Below are positions 9,679 through 18,541 of a DNA stretch of 64,000 bases, piece after piece (positions within the stretch are counted from its first letter, which is position 1; every line of letters starts with the position of its first letter). Below the pieces are notes generated by a model. The model made no database searches. It was not told the origin of the DNA and saw nothing but the letters and a program-made list of their open reading frames with translations. Both the position numbers and the translations under genes were made by a program. Source of the stretch: a virus (taxonomy: Duplodnaviria > Caudoviricetes); IMG/VR virus record IMGVR_UViG_3300025890_003315, positions 1 through 64,000 of that record; one strand, 5' to 3'.

Positions 9679-10683
9679 ATGGACAAAGAAACAAAGCAAA
9701 AAATATATTCTCTTTTTACTGATGTTCTAAATGGTTTTTCCATCAAGGACACAGAAAAATTTGGGCGTTTTTATATCAAGCATTTTAATCCATTTGATGC
9801 CGCAGAAATGGACTTTGAAAGAGGAAAGTATTACAATCAAGCTATCAAAAAAGGTTTGCCGACAGAAAAGCAAAACTTGGAACTGGCAATGAAAGATGGC
9901 TATTGGAGCAAAGAAAAAAACTCTAGAATTTTAGATTTGGAAAAGTCTATTTCCAACATGCGATCCACCAAGGGAAAACTCAATCTTCGTTCTCAAAAAA
10001 TCTCAATGCAAAAGAAGATAGAAAAGAATGAGAAAGAACTTGAAGAAATTTTAACAGAAAAAATGGACGTTGTTGGATATACCGCTGAAATGTTTTCCAA
10101 TAAAAAAGCAAATGAATATTACATTTACAAAGCTTTAAAAAAAGACTCAGATTTAAAACAGGATTTTTTTACTGATGTTGAATATGATGAATTGAACGAT
10201 TCTGAAATTCACGAATTGATAGGAATTTACGATGAATTTACTCAAGATTTTGATCACAAAAATTTAAAGCGCATTGCTGTTAGTCACAACTTTTTAAATT
10301 TATACCATTTGTGTTCAGATAGCGTCAGAGAACTATTTGGCGTACCAGTTATAAAATTGACATTTTTTCAATCTGAAATTTTTGGCACAGCTAAATATTT
10401 TAAAAATATTCTAAATGACGCAAAACACAAGCCAACTGATGATGTTTATAGTGATCCAGATTTGTTGCTTGATTGGATGAATGCAAATAGCGGAAGCAAA
10501 CCAGAAATTGAAGGTAAAATGGAAGAAGGTGGTGCTACTTCATATGTTGGGGCAACAAAAGAAGACTTGAAAGATCTTGGAATTGATCAAAATGATACAA
10601 TTTCATTTAGTAAAGAAGCAGCTAAAAAAGGTGGTAGTCTTGATATGAAAGATATTATGAGAATGCATGGGTATAAAGTGTAA
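9679..10683 (+). CDS. Putative second tail assembly chaperone (gpT-like)
   Basis: Likely start is MDKETK at 9679; the ORF-track start at 9652 lies in the hairpin. Directly precedes the tape measure. Confidence 0.5.
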   Translation: MDKETKQKIYSLFTDVLNGFSIKDTEKFGRFYIKHFNPFDAAEMDFERGKYYNQAIKKGLPTEKQNLELAMKDGYWSKEKNSRILDLEKSISNMRSTKGKLNLRSQKISMQKKIEKNEKELEEILTEKMDVVGYTAEMFSNKKANEYYIYKALKKDSDLKQDFFTDVEYDELNDSEIHELIGIYDEFTQDFDHKNLKRIAVSHNFLNLYHLCSDSVRELFGVPVIKLTFFQSEIFGTAKYFKNILNDAKHKPTDDVYSDPDLLLDWMNANSGSKPEIEGKMEEGGATSYVGATKEDLKDLGIDQNDTISFSKEAAKKGGSLDMKDIMRMHGYKV

Positions 10684-10703
10684 TATCTTTTAGGAAAAAG
10701 GCT

Positions 10704-13700
10704 ATGGCGTCTGGAAATGTAACTGTAAATACTAACCAAGCTCAACAAGCTCTAAGAAACTTAGAAAGGATTTTTGAAAAGCTTGGTAGAACCAGTTCAA
10801 GAAACTTGCGTCCTCTTGGAGAGGGTCTTAGTGCGGCCACAGCAAACGCAAGTGAGTTTGAGAAGTCTCTTACAGCCGCAAATGCCCGTGTTATAGCCTT
10901 CGGTGCGTCTGCTGGCTTGATTGTTAAGATGCAGCAAGCGTTTGGTGCGCTAGTACAGTCTACAATTGAAGTCGAAAAAAGCCTCAAAGACATCAATGTT
11001 ATTTTAGGGGCTACAGACAAAGGTCTTAGGCAATTTAGTGCAGGAATGTTTAAAATTGCCAAGGACACTGGTCAGGCATTTGAAACTGTAGCTGCTGCCG
11101 CAACAGAGTTGTCAAGACAAGGTCTTAGTGCCGAGAAAACTCTTCAAAGAACAAAAGACGCAATGATACTTGCTAGGTTGGCTGGTATGGATGCTGTTGG
11201 CGCGGTTGAGGCTTTAACTGCAACGCTTAATACCTTCAATCAAAGTGGACTTGATTCTACAAAAGTTGTAAATAAACTTGCAAAGGTTGATGCAGCGTTC
11301 GCTGTTAGCTCTCAAGACTTGGCTCAAGCTTTGCAGCGTGTGGGCGCATCTGCCAAAGGGGCAAATGTTAGTTTTGATGAATTGTTGGCAATTGTGACTG
11401 CTGCACAGCAAAAAACTGCGCGTGGTGGTGCGGTTATTGGTAACAGCTTTAAAACTATTTTCACTAGAATACAACGCCCAGAGGTTCTTAATCAATTGGA
11501 AGCTCTTGGAATCGCAGTAAGAGACGTTCAAGGAAATACTTTGCCAGCAATCAAAGTTCTTAGCGGCTTGGCTAAAACTTACGATAGTCTGAGTTCTGCT
11601 CAAAGATCAGTAGTTTCAGAACAAGTTGCCGGTGTTTTCCAAATCAACATTTTAAAAGCTGCATTGGGAGACCTTAATAGTGAGTATGGAATTTATCAGG
11701 GAGCATTGAGAGCGGCATCTTCGGCTACAAATGAAGCTATTCAGAGAAACGCGGAATTGAATACAACTACAGCCGCGCTTTTAAATCAAACAAAAAATTC
11801 ATTCAAGGAATTTGCTAGTAGCGTTGGAGAAGTGGCTCTTGCTCCAACCATGAAAAAGCTACTTGGGCAGTTAAATAGTGTTTTGGAGGCTGGTACAATC
11901 GACAAAGATGCCGAAGGAATGGGGGCTAAAGTTGGACAAGCTTTTGTTGGTGGACTTGGTAAATTTATTGGTGGCCCCGGATTGATAATGGCTGGAGTTG
12001 TCACGGCAAAACTTTTTGCAAGTTTCGCTAAATTTGCAAAAGAGGCTTATGTTGCATTTACAGGCCAAAATACAGCCGCGCAGCAAAGAGCGTCTATACA
12101 GCAAAATATCCTCAACCTTTTGCAGCAAGAGCCAAGTATATTGCAACAGGTTAAGAGTGGACAAATGACTGTCAATCAAGTAGCTCAAGCTTACTTGAGT
12201 ACATTGAGGCAGCAAAATCAACTTCAAGCTCAAAATGTAAATTTAGCAAGACAAGCTGCGGCAGTTACTTATGGAGCAGGAGCAAGAGTAAGAGGAGGCA
12301 AAACTACAACTCCGAGTTTTGCTTTGGCGACAACTCCTGTTCGCGCTGGTGGCGATGGAATGATTCCAAATTTTGCATTAAAGCCGGAAGTATCAATACA
12401 AAAAGCTGGTATTACTTCGCCTGAAAAAGCAAGAGCCAAGGGATATTCAAATTCTCAGATATCTCAAGCGTTTGGCGCTCAAAGTAAACCAAAACAAAAA
12501 ACAGCTTCAAGAAATTTCACAGCAATAGGATTGACTGGAAGAATAGGGGTCTTGACTGGTATTGGAGCAAACACAGATAGAAGTTTAAAAGTAAATCTTT
12601 CTTCTTTAACGACAAAAAATGCACAAGTGAAGAAGATGATGGAACAAGGTATTACATCAGTGACAGTTCCTGACGTTAAACATAGAACTGCATTTCAGAA
12701 GGGTCAAGAAGATAAGTTTTCCAATTTGATAAACACTCCAACTACGCAATCTGCTATAGGTTCCATAGCAAGCGATTTGTCTTATAAACTTTTTGAGGAT
12801 GAAGCCAAAGATTTACAACCAAAGATAAAACAAAATGTAAAAAAGGTCAAATTGGACCACGGAACAGAAGGCTCCATTTTTGAAGCTGCATCTAGACTGT
12901 TTTTGGGGGGAGAATTTCCAACTAATCAACAAGCAGCGTTTGACTTTGAGGAAAAGGGTCCACCATCAGGACTTTTTAAAAAGTTCTTTAATTTTGGAGA
13001 AGGATTAGTAAAAGCAGATGCAAAAAGAAGTGGAGATAAAATTGCAAGTAATATAGTAAATAAAACTTTCAATGATTCTGCTACGGCTTCTGAGTACCCT
13101 AACTTTTCTGCTTTGGGTACAGCAATTGCAAGAGAAAAAGCGGCGGGTATTCCATCTGGCGCAATAAGAGTTGGCAGAAGTTCGCAACTCGTTAGCTCAT
13201 CAAATCCAAATGGATTGGCGGTTTACAACACAATTGACGAGCCGCGAGGATTGAGTCAAGGAATCAATCGCTATAAAAGCGCGGGATTGAATCCAAAAAT
13301 GGCTGGCACACCAAACTTTGCTACTATGACTCAGTTAGGTTTTTCAAGTGGAAATATAGGAAAAGCGGGAGGAGGAGCTTTGAGCAACGCAGAAAAAAAA
13401 CTTTTTCTAAACGCACAAAGAAATTTGACGCGCCAATACGTCAAGTCGAATATGACTCAGGCTCAACTGGAGACTGAAACAAAAAAATTAGCTGAAAAGC
13501 ACAAACTTTCAAGAAATGCTGAAGGTAAATACGTTTCTGCGATGAAAGCTCATACTAGAAATCTAAGAACAAGAAATACTAGAATGAAAAGTGTTTCTGG
13601 TGGAGCAGGGCGAATGGCTGGTAGAATGGGTGGCATGGGATCATTTGGATCTAGTGGAGTTTTAGGAGCAACAATGGGCCTTAGTATGTTGGCTGGAAGC

Positions 13701-16700
13701 GCAGAGCAATTTATTCCGGGTCAAACAGGCAGGGCAATATCTGGGACTGCTGGCGGGGCTGCAACTGGAGCTTCTTTAGGTATGATGTTTGGTCCAATCG
13801 GAGCGGCTATTGGAGGTGTAGCTGGCGGATTGTATGGACTTGTAAAGGCGATAGACCCAGTTAAAAGTGCAATGGCAGATTTAGCTGAAGCTAGCTCAAA
13901 AGCAGCTAAACAATTAGAGCTACAGCAAAATGCTTCTAATAGGGTTATTGGCTTGGTTGAAGAAATAACATCTGGGAAATTGAGCGAAGAGCAATTGAAA
14001 GCAAAAAGGAAAGATTTGGGATTTGCTATAAGTCAGTTAACTCCAGATCAAAGAGTCTTATTTACTGAAGGAGACATAGTTGACGCGACTCAAGAGCTAC
14101 AAAAAAATCAAGCTCAAAAAAATACAGAAGAACAACAACGAGAGGGCTTAAGAAAAGCGAAGACAATTGAAGAATTCAATAGTCTTTTGGGGGCAGACGC
14201 TGTTTCTAAAATAGCAAGTTTTAAAGACGCCGCTTTGAGGAATATAGTAACCGAAACAACTACGAGCGATATTCCTGATTTCGGAGATTATAGGAGTGTG
14301 CAATTCTCAAAACCTCATTTGGTGACGGAAACTAAAGATGTATATAAATCTAAAGAAATAGAAGACTCTATAAGAAAAAGATTCGCCGCAGAATTAAAGG
14401 AAGCTTCCGGTTTAGAAGAAAATGAAGGAAAAAAAATATTTGATAGACTCGAACTCGGTAACGCAGCTAATTTTAAAAACTTTCTTGAATCTCTAAAAGC
14501 CACCAATGAAATATCTGAAGCAATTGAGGAATTGGGTGAAAGCGCAAAAGAAACTGAAAATTTTACAAAAAAATTTGCTAAGGCACTAAAAACTGTAAAT
14601 TCTGAATTGGCTAAAAGTACAATTAGTTCAGCTAGAATGGCAAACGCAAGTGCTGTTTCTAACGCTGGATTTGCAAATAATATATCTTTAGCTAGAGCAA
14701 GGGGGGCTTCCGGGTTTGATTTGCTTGGTTTATCTGCGCGGCAATCAAGAAATAATTTGTTTTACCAACAGGAAGCTCAAAGAACAGCAAATAAGGATAG
14801 GGGGCTGCAATTAAGAGCGAAAATATTAGGGGACACTGGTCTTACAGAGTATGCGAAAGGTAGTCTCAAAGATGTAATAGAACGAGGAGAAGATTTTGGC
14901 AGCACAGAAGTTCAAAAGGCTTTAGAAGCAATCACAAATCCTAAAAAACGAGAAGAATACGCAAAAGCAATTCAAGATTACATTGACTTTCAAACTATTT
15001 TAAATGAAAAAATAAAAACTGAATCTAATATTCTTGAAGGAAAAACAAAAACTGATAGAGATGTTCTTTCTATCACTCAACAAAGAATAGAAGATGAAAG
15101 ACAATACAATGATTCAATAAGAAAACTTGGACTCACGCAGCAAAAAGCCATATCCGCGCTTGAAGCAAGAATTTCAGCCGATAGAGAAATAGCTGACTTT
15201 ACTAGAAATTTAGCAATCCAAAGAGCCAGTATTGGCAAAGGGCCAGCCGAAAAAGCAAGAATGGAAGCTGCTGGAAAACTTTCAAACATACAAAGTGAGA
15301 TAAGTGGAGCAAGAGAATTATACAATCTAAAAAACCGGCAAATTGGAGGCAGCTTCGCTGAAATAAATACACAGAGTATTTTTGGTGAAGATGTAGGAAG
15401 CACATTAGAAGCTAGAGATAAATTAGCTGTTATCAAAAGAAGTAAAATTAACTTAGATGAGGATAAAAAAAGAGAGCTTCAAAAACTTGATCAACTTTTA
15501 GAAAAAGAAGATGAGTTAAATTCTACCTATAAGCAACAAGAAATGTCTTTAAATAAAAGAAAGAGAATTATAGAAAAAACTTCTGCCTTAGAGATAGAAA
15601 ATATACAAAGACAAATCAGCTTGCGGGGAACATTGCAAGACATCATGTCAGAGTACGCAATGTCAAATGAAGCAATTCAAGCAGAGTTGTCTGATAATAT
15701 GAAGGAAATTGCTCGCGGAATGAAGGCTGACTTCAAAGGCGCGTTCAAGAGCTTTATTGATGGTAGCAAAAGCGCAAAAGAAGCTTTCAGGAACTTCGCT
15801 TTGTCTGTGATGGATCGATTGATGGACATGGCGGCAAGTTATGCAACAAATCAACTTTTTTCAAACATAGGAAAGGGAGTAGGTTTGATGGGATTTAGTG
15901 GCGGCGGTAAAGTTCCAACCAAAAGAGCCAGAGGGGGGATGATTAGTGGGGGATCTGGTGTGCGTGATGACGTTCCAGCGATGTTGATGGGCGGCGAATA
16001 TGTGGTCAAGAAGTCTGCGGTTGATTCATTGGGCGTAGGCTTTATGAATCGAATCAACAGTTACGCTGAAGGTGGCGTGGTTGCTGACAATAAATTCATA
16101 ATGGGAACAGAAGGTGACCCAACAAACTATGGCAAGCGCGGCAAATTTTCTGTTGGAAGCAGATTGTCGGCTATGGCTATAACAAGCGAAGACAATCCGC
16201 AAAATGCAAGAAGAGACGCTATGGCCGCTCAAGACGAGCAGCGAGTGCAAAGATTCAGAGATTATGAAGAAAGAAATCGTCAGGCAATGGCGGAATTCAA
16301 AAGAGCAAACAGGCAAAAACTGATTGGAGCGTATATAAACGCTGCAATGATTATTGGTATGGCTAAATTTCAACAGGCTATGGAACAACGGGCTTTTGAC
16401 AAAGATATGGATAAAAATGCATTGCCAGCAACTGGTGGACCACTTGCACCACCCAGCCCCGGATCAGGAGGATCAGCAAGTATGTATGCAGCACAAGGCG
16501 GATCTGCAATAAGCTCACTTATAAGGCCAATCAAGCCAATCAATAGAGCCTACGGTGGCGGCACAGGCACAAGCATGAGTCCAAGTATGCCAATGGCGAA
16601 CACTTCCACTGGAGTTGGTGGAGGAAGCGGGGCATTTGCGATGCTTGCATCTTCAATTCAGCAACTCAGTGCGTCGATACAGTCTAATGGAGGCTCAACT

Positions 16701-16919
16701 GGTGGCGGCGGCGAAACCACTGTAAATCTGACTTTCAACATCGACAAATCTGGAAAAGCAGAAGCCAAAGATGGAGAAAACAAACAAGGAATGGATTCAA
16801 AGAAAAAATCAACAGAAGACGAAAAGCAAGAAAGAAAGCTTGGTGATATGATGAAGGCTGTTGTATTGCAAACTATTAATGATCAAAAGCGTCCCGGTGG
16901 TATTCTTTATGAACCTTAA
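10704..16919 (+). CDS. Tail tape measure protein (TP901-type core) with internal inserts
   Basis: 2071 aa, A/Q-rich helical. Core AVSSQDLAQALQRVG...GNSFKTIFTRI; C-terminal GGSGVRDDVPAMLMGGEYVVKKSAV motif. Confidence 0.92.
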   Translation: MASGNVTVNTNQAQQALRNLERIFEKLGRTSSRNLRPLGEGLSAATANASEFEKSLTAANARVIAFGASAGLIVKMQQAFGALVQSTIEVEKSLKDINVILGATDKGLRQFSAGMFKIAKDTGQAFETVAAAATELSRQGLSAEKTLQRTKDAMILARLAGMDAVGAVEALTATLNTFNQSGLDSTKVVNKLAKVDAAFAVSSQDLAQALQRVGASAKGANVSFDELLAIVTAAQQKTARGGAVIGNSFKTIFTRIQRPEVLNQLEALGIAVRDVQGNTLPAIKVLSGLAKTYDSLSSAQRSVVSEQVAGVFQINILKAALGDLNSEYGIYQGALRAASSATNEAIQRNAELNTTTAALLNQTKNSFKEFASSVGEVALAPTMKKLLGQLNSVLEAGTIDKDAEGMGAKVGQAFVGGLGKFIGGPGLIMAGVVTAKLFASFAKFAKEAYVAFTGQNTAAQQRASIQQNILNLLQQEPSILQQVKSGQMTVNQVAQAYLSTLRQQNQLQAQNVNLARQAAAVTYGAGARVRGGKTTTPSFALATTPVRAGGDGMIPNFALKPEVSIQKAGITSPEKARAKGYSNSQISQAFGAQSKPKQKTASRNFTAIGLTGRIGVLTGIGANTDRSLKVNLSSLTTKNAQVKKMMEQGITSVTVPDVKHRTAFQKGQEDKFSNLINTPTTQSAIGSIASDLSYKLFEDEAKDLQPKIKQNVKKVKLDHGTEGSIFEAASRLFLGGEFPTNQQAAFDFEEKGPPSGLFKKFFNFGEGLVKADAKRSGDKIASNIVNKTFNDSATASEYPNFSALGTAIAREKAAGIPSGAIRVGRSSQLVSSSNPNGLAVYNTIDEPRGLSQGINRYKSAGLNPKMAGTPNFATMTQLGFSSGNIGKAGGGALSNAEKKLFLNAQRNLTRQYVKSNMTQAQLETETKKLAEKHKLSRNAEGKYVSAMKAHTRNLRTRNTRMKSVSGGAGRMAGRMGGMGSFGSSGVLGATMGLSMLAGSAEQFIPGQTGRAISGTAGGAATGASLGMMFGPIGAAIGGVAGGLYGLVKAIDPVKSAMADLAEASSKAAKQLELQQNASNRVIGLVEEITSGKLSEEQLKAKRKDLGFAISQLTPDQRVLFTEGDIVDATQELQKNQAQKNTEEQQREGLRKAKTIEEFNSLLGADAVSKIASFKDAALRNIVTETTTSDIPDFGDYRSVQFSKPHLVTETKDVYKSKEIEDSIRKRFAAELKEASGLEENEGKKIFDRLELGNAANFKNFLESLKATNEISEAIEELGESAKETENFTKKFAKALKTVNSELAKSTISSARMANASAVSNAGFANNISLARARGASGFDLLGLSARQSRNNLFYQQEAQRTANKDRGLQLRAKILGDTGLTEYAKGSLKDVIERGEDFGSTEVQKALEAITNPKKREEYAKAIQDYIDFQTILNEKIKTESNILEGKTKTDRDVLSITQQRIEDERQYNDSIRKLGLTQQKAISALEARISADREIADFTRNLAIQRASIGKGPAEKARMEAAGKLSNIQSEISGARELYNLKNRQIGGSFAEINTQSIFGEDVGSTLEARDKLAVIKRSKINLDEDKKRELQKLDQLLEKEDELNSTYKQQEMSLNKRKRIIEKTSALEIENIQRQISLRGTLQDIMSEYAMSNEAIQAELSDNMKEIARGMKADFKGAFKSFIDGSKSAKEAFRNFALSVMDRLMDMAASYATNQLFSNIGKGVGLMGFSGGGKVPTKRARGGMISGGSGVRDDVPAMLMGGEYVVKKSAVDSLGVGFMNRINSYAEGGVVADNKFIMGTEGDPTNYGKRGKFSVGSRLSAMAITSEDNPQNARRDAMAAQDEQRVQRFRDYEERNRQAMAEFKRANRQKLIGAYINAAMIIGMAKFQQAMEQRAFDKDMDKNALPATGGPLAPPSPGSGGSASMYAAQGGSAISSLIRPIKPINRAYGGGTGTSMSPSMPMANTSTGVGGGSGAFAMLASSIQQLSASIQSNGGSTGGGGETTVNLTFNIDKSGKAEAKDGENKQGMDSKKKSTEDEKQERKLGDMMKAVVLQTINDQKRPGGILYEP

Positions 16920-17806
16920 ACCAATTTACTTTTAATCCAATCTATTTGCTCTTTCATGTCTTTTATTTGACTATCCAATTGCAATATGATGCTGTTGTAT
17001 ACTGCGGTTGGGTTTTGGATATTTTCATTCATCAATGGAAGCTTCAAATTTGGAGAAAACTTGTTTATCAATGAGTAAGAATACGCGCCATCTTCTTTTG
17101 TAAAATTGGCGGCAAGAGTAACTTGCCATTTTTTAAACTCAAAGCTTGATTTATTCAAAAACCGCGAAATTGATTGATCCAAAACAAAAAATGTAAAACT
17201 GGGGGTTCTTTGAATGTCTACAACTTGTCTTTCTTGTTGTTTCTTTTCACTGCATTCTTCAAAGTCTAAAGTTATAACCGCGTTTTCTCCAGAGCCGCCT
17301 TGCAACTGTAAAAGTTCTTGCTTTGGAACTTCAGAGTATTCTCCTTTTGATTTTAATTTCAACTTTTTAATCCCGCCGACTTCATCAGTTGCTGTGACTT
17401 CAAAACTTGTGCAGTTTGCCAAATTGGTTACTGTGTCAATAGTAGGTTCTCCATCTGATATTTGAACAATATCTCCAACCAAATAGTCTGAGCCTTTTTG
17501 TTCTATACTCGACAATCCAAGTGCTTCATACTTTATCAAATTGATGGTGATAAAATCGCCAATTGACAGTTTGTTTTGTATGTCCTGTCTTATAAGAAGC
17601 TTTTTGTCTTCTGTTTTTTCAAAATTAAATTTGAAATTTTTTAATTGAACATCAGAGACATTTACAAATGAAGACTGGTTATCGATTTGCATCATCGATC
17701 CTTCTCTCATTCCAAGCAAATTGTCTGACCCCACTGAGTAAGCGATATTAGAATCTTTTTTTAAACAAAGAAGTCCTTTGGGGCTTTTTTTTGTTGCGGT
17801 TATCAT
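16916..17806 (-). CDS. Hypothetical tail-associated protein
   Basis: Last gene of the minus-strand tip operon. GSDYLVGD...GGSGENAVITL resembles GSGY-type beta repeats. Confidence 0.5.
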   Translation of the reverse strand: MITATKKSPKGLLCLKKDSNIAYSVGSDNLLGMREGSMMQIDNQSSFVNVSDVQLKNFKFNFEKTEDKKLLIRQDIQNKLSIGDFITINLIKYEALGLSSIEQKGSDYLVGDIVQISDGEPTIDTVTNLANCTSFEVTATDEVGGIKKLKLKSKGEYSEVPKQELLQLQGGSGENAVITLDFEECSEKKQQERQVVDIQRTPSFTFFVLDQSISRFLNKSSFEFKKWQVTLAANFTKEDGAYSYSLINKFSPNLKLPLMNENIQNPTAVYNSIILQLDSQIKDMKEQIDWIKSKLV

Positions 17807-18528
17807 TTTAAGTTTATCAAATTCAATGGAAAGAATTCTACTTCTGGCTTTTTGCCGTTTGGTTCATCTGGTTCAGAAAATGTGATGGTTGCCTGTTCGG
17901 TATAGCCACACCCCCACTCTTCAACAAAGATATTTGACAGTTTTCCATTTTTTTGACTACATGATATTTTAGCTTTTTCACCTCTGTTACCAAAAATAAA
18001 ATCAGGATCTTCCCGTTTTGGTTTTGTGGGTTCTGATATTGTGGCTTGTATATTTTTAGTATATCCAGATCCGGGGTCTTTGATTTCGATGAAACCAATA
18101 TTGAAAAAACGATTGATTTTTCCAGTTTCTGTATAAAAATCTTTGACTGAAAGATTTTGCAAGTACGTTTTGTTTTTTTCAAAAAGAACTTTATGTGCAG
18201 CGTTGTTATTCTGCTTTGCAATTTCGATATTTTGGTCATTCGCCTCAATCAGTCTTTGTATCAAAGGCAATTCATCTTGCGTGAATTTCATTTGCGCGAA
18301 TTTTTCAAAGTCGCTTTGTATTTTTCTATCTTTTACAAAGAAGCTTTGGCAAACGCTTTCTTCTGGACAGCTTTCTTTAAAAAAAATAAAGTCAATTACT
18401 TTTTGTGATATTGAATTTTGTTTGCAAAAGTCATGAAACTGATCAATAGATTTTTTCTCATCAAATTTCTTTTGTGTTAGAAATCTTTGTATGGAGCCGT
18501 CTTCTAATGCTAAAAATAGAGTGTTCAT
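17803..18528 (-). CDS. Hypothetical tail-associated protein
   Basis: Probable start at MNTLFL (18528). DPGSGYT...WGCGYT motifs of tail-associated beta repeats. Confidence 0.5.
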   Translation of the reverse strand: MNTLFLALEDGSIQRFLTQKKFDEKKSIDQFHDFCKQNSISQKVIDFIFFKESCPEESVCQSFFVKDRKIQSDFEKFAQMKFTQDELPLIQRLIEANDQNIEIAKQNNNAAHKVLFEKNKTYLQNLSVKDFYTETGKINRFFNIGFIEIKDPGSGYTKNIQATISEPTKPKREDPDFIFGNRGEKAKISCSQKNGKLSNIFVEEWGCGYTEQATITFSEPDEPNGKKPEVEFFPLNLINLK

Positions 18529-18541
18529 TGAAATTTCGTTA

